Shown here in pieces: positions 59,165-64,000 of a stretch of 64,000 nt of DNA. Each line of letters starts with the position of its first letter. Position 1 is the stretch's first letter. The translations under genes were made by a program, and so were the position numbers. This DNA comes from a virus (lineage: Duplodnaviria; Heunggongvirae; Uroviricota; Caudoviricetes), in IMG/VR virus record IMGVR_UViG_2693429668_000006; one strand, written 5' to 3'. Under the pieces are notes generated by a model. The model ran no database searches, was not told where the DNA came from, and saw only the letters and a list, made by a program, of their open reading frames with translations.

Positions 59165-62100
59165 TCAGTTACTTGTTGCCCCAACAGTACCTGCAAATTT
59201 CAGCCATTGACCTGACGGACTTCTATTACTACGGTAGTGATAAACGAGGATTGCGTTTGTAATCCCACCATAGTCAGCTTTGTGTGACGTCGTTAAACGA
59301 ATTGTATAATCACCGTTAGGTAGATTAAAAACTTCGATTATAGATTCTGCTAATTCTACAGCACCAAATCCCGTTATATTGTTGATACTGCCAGCATTGA
59401 ATCCCATAGCATCGCCAAAGCCAATCCAATAACTTTTGCTAAACGCCCCATTTGATTTTAGGTGGCTAATGAATGCGGACAAGCTCATGCCCATATCCCC
59501 ACCTGAAACAGAGGAAGTTCGCACAGTCATACTTGGAAGAGCACTGCTCTTCACATAGGAACTTAGAAGGTTTGTTACCTCTGTTTTCGTGTAAGCATTA
59601 AGGTTAGCCGCAGTCAAAGTTATATCGGCAGAGCCATCAAACGCCACACCAGCAATTTTCCTTGCTGTCTGCAATTTTGTGGCGGTTGCGGCATTACCAG
59701 TAGTGTTCTGGTTCCCATCTGCATTCACACCTGGAATGCTGTCTTTTTTAGTATATATCTGAGTCCAGTCCTCTTCGAACCCATAGCCATCACGTGATGA
59801 ACGGTAATACAATCCACCATTTTTATAATGCGCTCGGATTTGGAGAGTCCGACAACTACCTACGCCTATATAAAAATTTGCAACGATATAAGAATCCCCG
59901 GAGCGTGTAACATTATACGCACCTGATTCGGCATTCCACGGGACCGCACCACTAGCATCGGCATAAGTTCCAGTAGCGCGTCGAGCAAAAGCAGATACAT
60001 TTGCAGCTGTTAGTGTTATATCAGCAGAACCATCAAAAGACACGCCGCTTATTTTTCTAGCAGTTTGCAACTTCGTAGCTGTTGAAGCATTACCGTTCAA
60101 ACTACCATTTACGCCACCAGTAACATTTAGTCCATTACCAATGGACACAGCACCGCTGGTATTATTAATTGTAATAGGTCGCAAACCGTTCCATGAACCT
60201 AATGTGTCTCCTGATGCTGTTAGCATGAAATATGTGTTCGATCCATCATTACGGATAAAGAACCCAAAGCTACCGTAAGCAATGCGGAAACCATTTGCAT
60301 ATTTTGAAACGATCTCACCAGAAGACGTTAATCCGCCAGTTAACGCTCCTCCAGATAGTGGTAAAGCTCCGACATCAGCCGCAGTAGGCTTGTTTTTAGT
60401 GTTATACGCTCTGCGCCATCCTGGTGAATAGCTCGTCCCGTTAAATACATAGATAAACTCCGCATTAGTGAGAGCACCAGAGACACTCGCCGTTGTGGCC
60501 GTTGTTATACGGATCGTATAATTGTTTGAGCTACTACCGTTATTAAATACCTCTATAACAGCTCCTGCTAATGGAATAACGCCACAACCAGTTTCACTAT
60601 TTGGTATGGTTGCACTATTGGCATAGGCCCACGCACATCGAGCAATCCATGACTTTGTGTTAAATGCTCCATTATTTTGCAATAACGTCACTAACTGTGC
60701 TGTTGTTATTGCTCCGCCATTACTTCCTGTAGTTAACCAACCAGTAGGAGATGCCGGGCAACCTATATTTGCTGGCGACAAGGAAATATTTGCCGAGCCG
60801 TCAAACGACACCCCATTGATAGTACGCGCAGTCTGCAACTTCGTAGCAGTAGCCGCGTTGCCCGTTGTATTCTGATTACCAGTCGTATTAACACCTGGCA
60901 AATTAATATTCGCAGTACCATCAAAGCTCACGCCGCCGATAGTTCTTGCCGTCTGAAGTTTTGTAGCAGTTGCAGCATTACCAGTGGTGTTCTGATTACC
61001 CGTAGTGTTTACACCTGGAAGGTTAATATTTGCAGAACCGTCGAAAACAACTCCACCGATAGATCTTGCCGTCTGCAATTTCGTGGCTGTACTTGCATTA
61101 CCATTCAATGAACCAGTTAATCCACCTGTAACAGACAACGGACCTGAAACTGTTCCTCCGGTTGTTGGCAGTGCTCCAATATCTGATGGTGTAGGTTTCT
61201 GATGTGAGCTATACATCGTATAAACAACACCATCGGTAACGCTGGAAGGCTTACTCGCTGAATATGTTGGCGAGGTATAAATAGAAACTGTCGCATTTGC
61301 AGTACAATCCCAATGGATATTTACACGAGTCGCATAATTGCCAATCTCAACGTAAATATCATATGTATCGCCGGATGTGTTGATCCAGGCGAAATTCGTT
61401 AATCCGACAGCTGTACGCTTCCACAAAGCACCTGTAATCCCTTTGGGGTTTCCATTGCCTGCTCGTAGAACCAGTTCTGAAATGCCTGCCTGATGTGGGG
61501 AGCCGACGTTGTAACCAGCGCCACCAATCAATGCGATGTAAACGATGGAACTCGCTTGTGGCATGGTAACCGTAGCCAGTTTGAACCACCCTGCCCCGCC
61601 AGAGAAAGACATCGTTACTGAATTTAAAGTACCAATATCTTTCGGCGTTAATGTGATATCCGCAGTCAGTGCTTTACCGTTAACTTTTCGGTTAGATGGC
61701 ACCCTGCTATTCGCATTGTCATTGGCTGCTTTAACTGCTTTTGGCGTTGCGGCCAGCGATTCACTGGTGCTGTCGACAGCACTGCTAAGTTTCACAACAC
61801 CTTTAGTTGTAAGGCTTGCGTCTTCCATCGCAACTGCACCGGCAATCTCTTCAGCACGATCAGCAGCAGCTTCCGCACGGGTCGCAGCGGATTCAGCAGC
61901 AGTTTTGCTCTGAGATGCTGCCGTCGCACTGCCTGCCGCCTCTGTTGCTTTCGTGGATGCCGTCGTGGCACTGCCCTTCGCTGCTGACGCCTGTCTGGTC
62001 GCCTCATCTTTTGAAGCAGACGCAGATGATGCCGATGACGCCGCCGAACTGGCGGACGATGCGGCAGCCGTTTTTGAGGATTCTGCGCTGGTTTCCGACG

Positions 62101-63190
62101 CTTTCGCGTTCGTTTCGGATGTCTTCGCTGCGGAAGCAGACCTCGCTGCTGCGCTAGCCTGTTCAGTGGCTTCGCCAGCCTTCGTTGTGGCTGTTGAAGC
62201 AGACGATGCGGCACTTTCTGCCGATTTTCCGGCGGCGGTGGCACTGGCTGAGGCCTGCCCGGCACTTGTTGACGCGGCACTGGCAGACGACGCAGCCGCT
62301 GTTTTTGAGCCTGCCGCAGCTGAGGCACTCTGTGCTGCTGCCGTCTCAGAAGACTTAGCGTTCGTCTCGGACGTTTTTGCCGCCTTCGCGGAATTGCCTG
62401 CCGCTGTTGCCGAGGAGGCTGCACTACTGGCGCTCAAGGATGCGTTCGTTTCTGATGATTTCGCTGCCTCTTTTGAGGCCGCCGCATCCCGGGCTGAGGT
62501 GGCAGCTTCTGACGCTTTCGTGGTCGCGGTGGATGCAGAAGTGGCTGCTGATTGTTGTGACGCTGCGGCATTCGTTTCAGATTTTTTCGCAGCAGTTGCA
62601 CTCGCACTTGCGGCACTTTGTGAGGATGCCGCAGCGGATGCACTTTGAGACGCTTGAGAGGCTTTTTCTCCAGCGGTATTGGCGCTTTCTGCTGCTGCGG
62701 CAGCACTGGCCGCTGCCTCACGAGCTTTGTCGCCAGCAGCATCAATCGCGTCAGTGTTATTTTTATACCACTCAACGTTTTCGTTGTGCTCGTTGACGAT
62801 CTGCATTAGCGGCTTAACGGTTACTTCTGTACCGTCTTCACGCTCGATTGTCACCTCATCCAGAGCAGTCAACCAACTGCGCATAGACTTGGAATCAGCC
62901 GACATACGCGACATTAGTGCTGTAAAGCGCGCGCTAAACTGTGTTAAGTCGCCTTCATAGGTCGTAATGATTCGGCACGGAACCTCAGACTGAGTTTCGC
63001 CGGTATAAGGTTCTGAGAGAACAATATTCGTATCGCTTATTACGCGCTTGATCTCATACAGCTTATTGTCGGGGCCAATGACGATCATCCCCGGCAACAC
63101 ACCATTAGCTGTTACGTTCCAGGCTGTCCCTGCCCCAACCAGAGTATTGCTACCCTGTGTAAATGTGATAGTACCTTCCCTGTACCACAT
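59165..63190 (-). CDS. tail fiber protein (1341 aa) with Ala/Ser-rich coiled region and T4 gp34/gp37-type fiber repeats
   Basis: ~200-aa Ala/Ser/Thr/Lys low-complexity segment; repeated GNASTATKLQTAR.I.GV.FDGSA.I.L units (>=5). Confidence 0.8.
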   Translation of the reverse strand: MWYREGTITFTQGSNTLVGAGTAWNVTANGVLPGMIVIGPDNKLYEIKRVISDTNIVLSEPYTGETQSEVPCRIITTYEGDLTQFSARFTALMSRMSADSKSMRSWLTALDEVTIEREDGTEVTVKPLMQIVNEHNENVEWYKNNTDAIDAAGDKAREAAASAAAAAESANTAGEKASQASQSASAAASSQSAASASATAAKKSETNAAASQQSAATSASTATTKASEAATSARDAAASKEAAKSSETNASLSASSAASSATAAGNSAKAAKTSETNAKSSETAAAQSASAAAGSKTAAASSASAASTSAGQASASATAAGKSAESAASSASTATTKAGEATEQASAAARSASAAKTSETNAKASETSAESSKTAAASSASSAASSASSASASKDEATRQASAAKGSATTASTKATEAAGSATAASQSKTAAESAATRAEAAADRAEEIAGAVAMEDASLTTKGVVKLSSAVDSTSESLAATPKAVKAANDNANSRVPSNRKVNGKALTADITLTPKDIGTLNSVTMSFSGGAGWFKLATVTMPQASSIVYIALIGGAGYNVGSPHQAGISELVLRAGNGNPKGITGALWKRTAVGLTNFAWINTSGDTYDIYVEIGNYATRVNIHWDCTANATVSIYTSPTYSASKPSSVTDGVVYTMYSSHQKPTPSDIGALPTTGGTVSGPLSVTGGLTGSLNGNASTATKLQTARSIGGVVFDGSANINLPGVNTTGNQNTTGNAATATKLQTARTIGGVSFDGTANINLPGVNTTGNQNTTGNAATATKLQTARTINGVSFDGSANISLSPANIGCPASPTGWLTTGSNGGAITTAQLVTLLQNNGAFNTKSWIARCAWAYANSATIPNSETGCGVIPLAGAVIEVFNNGSSSNNYTIRITTATTASVSGALTNAEFIYVFNGTSYSPGWRRAYNTKNKPTAADVGALPLSGGALTGGLTSSGEIVSKYANGFRIAYGSFGFFIRNDGSNTYFMLTASGDTLGSWNGLRPITINNTSGAVSIGNGLNVTGGVNGSLNGNASTATKLQTARKISGVSFDGSADITLTAANVSAFARRATGTYADASGAVPWNAESGAYNVTRSGDSYIVANFYIGVGSCRTLQIRAHYKNGGLYYRSSRDGYGFEEDWTQIYTKKDSIPGVNADGNQNTTGNAATATKLQTARKIAGVAFDGSADITLTAANLNAYTKTEVTNLLSSYVKSSALPSMTVRTSSVSGGDMGMSLSAFISHLKSNGAFSKSYWIGFGDAMGFNAGSINNITGFGAVELAESIIEVFNLPNGDYTIRLTTSHKADYGGITNAILVYHYRSNRSPSGQWLKFAGTVGATSN

Positions 63191-63232
63191 GTTGAATATG
63201 CTCCTTGATTTGGCGGGTTATCCTTGCCCGCC

Positions 63233-63253
63233 ATTAAGTAAATACTTACCTAT
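63233..63253 (-). promoter_or_regulatory. class-A palindromic motif ATTAAGTAAATACTTACCTAT
   Basis: upstream of tail-fiber gene, followed by 5-prime-UTR hairpin and AAGGAG RBS. Confidence 0.45.
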
Positions 63254-63283
63254 TTTTACCGATATAAAATTTTTTTTCCACCA

Positions 63284-63994
63284 TCACAGACGGCCAATTC
63301 TTACTCGTAGGACGTTGTTATCGTCATAAACGTCAATCCGCTGACCATTTATAACCAATCTCCCATTGCCGCCGCTATTACCGTTGATCTCAAGCGTTCC
63401 ATTTTTGCCGAACCGCCATCCAGATCTACCGCTAACAAAATTGGTAGATTGCAGATCGCCTACTTTTGCATTGGTGATTGTGCCATCCTTGATATACGCT
63501 CCATTCATATAGGCGATACTGTTTTCGATAACAAATGGCGTTGTGATCTTCCCGTTAACAGAGTTGACCAAACCAAACCTGTCCGCCTGAACCAAAAACT
63601 GAGATAGCCCAGTGGTGTCAATACCAAGCGCAATACCGGCAACATACTTCTGCCCTCCGCTCGTTGAAGTCTCCATTTTCAACGTCCACGCGGTTGATAC
63701 TTTTTTGTTGGTATCAGCAATAGCTGTTGCCTGCTGTTGAATTGTCGCGGTATTTCCATCCACCTCTGCTTTCAGAGTATCGATTCGCCCACTCAGAGCA
63801 TTATCTGCCTGCGTTCTCGCTGTCGTTTCAGTTGTGACCGCCGCAGAAATGTTGGCTGCTGTTTGAGACTCTAAGTTTGTGATTTGAGTCGCCAATGCAG
63901 CATCTTGCTCTGTACGCGTTTTCGTTTCGGTTGCTACAGCCGCTTTAATATCCTCTTTGTATTGAGAGGTCAGCTTGGTGATCTGAGACGACAA
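63284..63994 (-). CDS. tail fiber/tail tip protein, C-terminal part (gene probably continues beyond window end)
   Basis: coiled Thr/Ala/Gln-rich segment then beta-rich C-terminus; only 6 nt remain upstream. Confidence 0.5.
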   Translation of the reverse strand: MSSQITKLTSQYKEDIKAAVATETKTRTEQDAALATQITNLESQTAANISAAVTTETTARTQADNALSGRIDTLKAEVDGNTATIQQQATAIADTNKKVSTAWTLKMETSTSGGQKYVAGIALGIDTTGLSQFLVQADRFGLVNSVNGKITTPFVIENSIAYMNGAYIKDGTITNAKVGDLQSTNFVSGRSGWRFGKNGTLEINGNSGGNGRLVINGQRIDVYDDNNVLRVRIGRL

Positions 63995-64000
63995 CGCCGA

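Noticed and set aside
61792-62796. Track ORFs 61792-62424 (Pro/Arg/Gln-rich), 61953-62648 (Ala/Asp-rich), 62377-62796 and 62434-62775
   Set aside because: All lie inside the tail-fiber gene in alternative or antisense frames; their extreme low complexity is an artefact of the Ala/Ser-rich GC-skewed coding region.
1-64000. Assignment to T5-like phages (suggested by the dense thyA-frd-nrdAB nucleotide-metabolism block and tRNAs)
   Set aside because: Polymerase is DnaE-type rather than family A, and the element carries RecA-like, gp32-like, rep/par/TA and integrase genes not expected in T5-type genomes.

Overview
This 64-kb window reads as a tailed dsDNA phage genome that also carries plasmid-maintenance functions, i.e. 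a phage-plasmid (inference from gene content; not T5-like, because the polymerase is DnaE-type). Most genes are on the minus strand. Supported content: nucleotide metabolism (thymidylate synthase, DHFR, class Ia ribonucleotide reductase NrdA/NrdB, glutaredoxin, a P-loop kinase); a recombination/replication set (gp32-like SSB, a RecA-like recombinase split by a 422-aa LAGLIDADG intein, SbcC/SbcD, RuvC-like resolvase, FEN, RNase HI, ATP-dependent ligase, DnaB-like helicase, DnaG-like primase, DnaE-type Pol III alpha); four minus-strand tRNAs (Ser, Thr, Tyr, Asn); a plasmid module (iteron-flanked Rep gene, ParA plus small partner, TacA/TacT toxin-antitoxin); a tyrosine recombinase; a lysis cassette; and a 1341-aa tail fiber. 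The best candidates for an undescribed system are two AT-rich accessory cassettes: a KAP-like P-loop NTPase (53608-55314) and a 442-aa membrane protein with an adjacent lipoprotein (40732-42866). An AAA+ ATPase/VWA-protein pair (34650-38089) is a third candidate. Two recurrent palindromic intergenic motifs (13 and 7 copies) and two near-identical large-loop hairpin elements are unexplained by the coding features. All functional calls are from motifs read in the translations; no database search was run.
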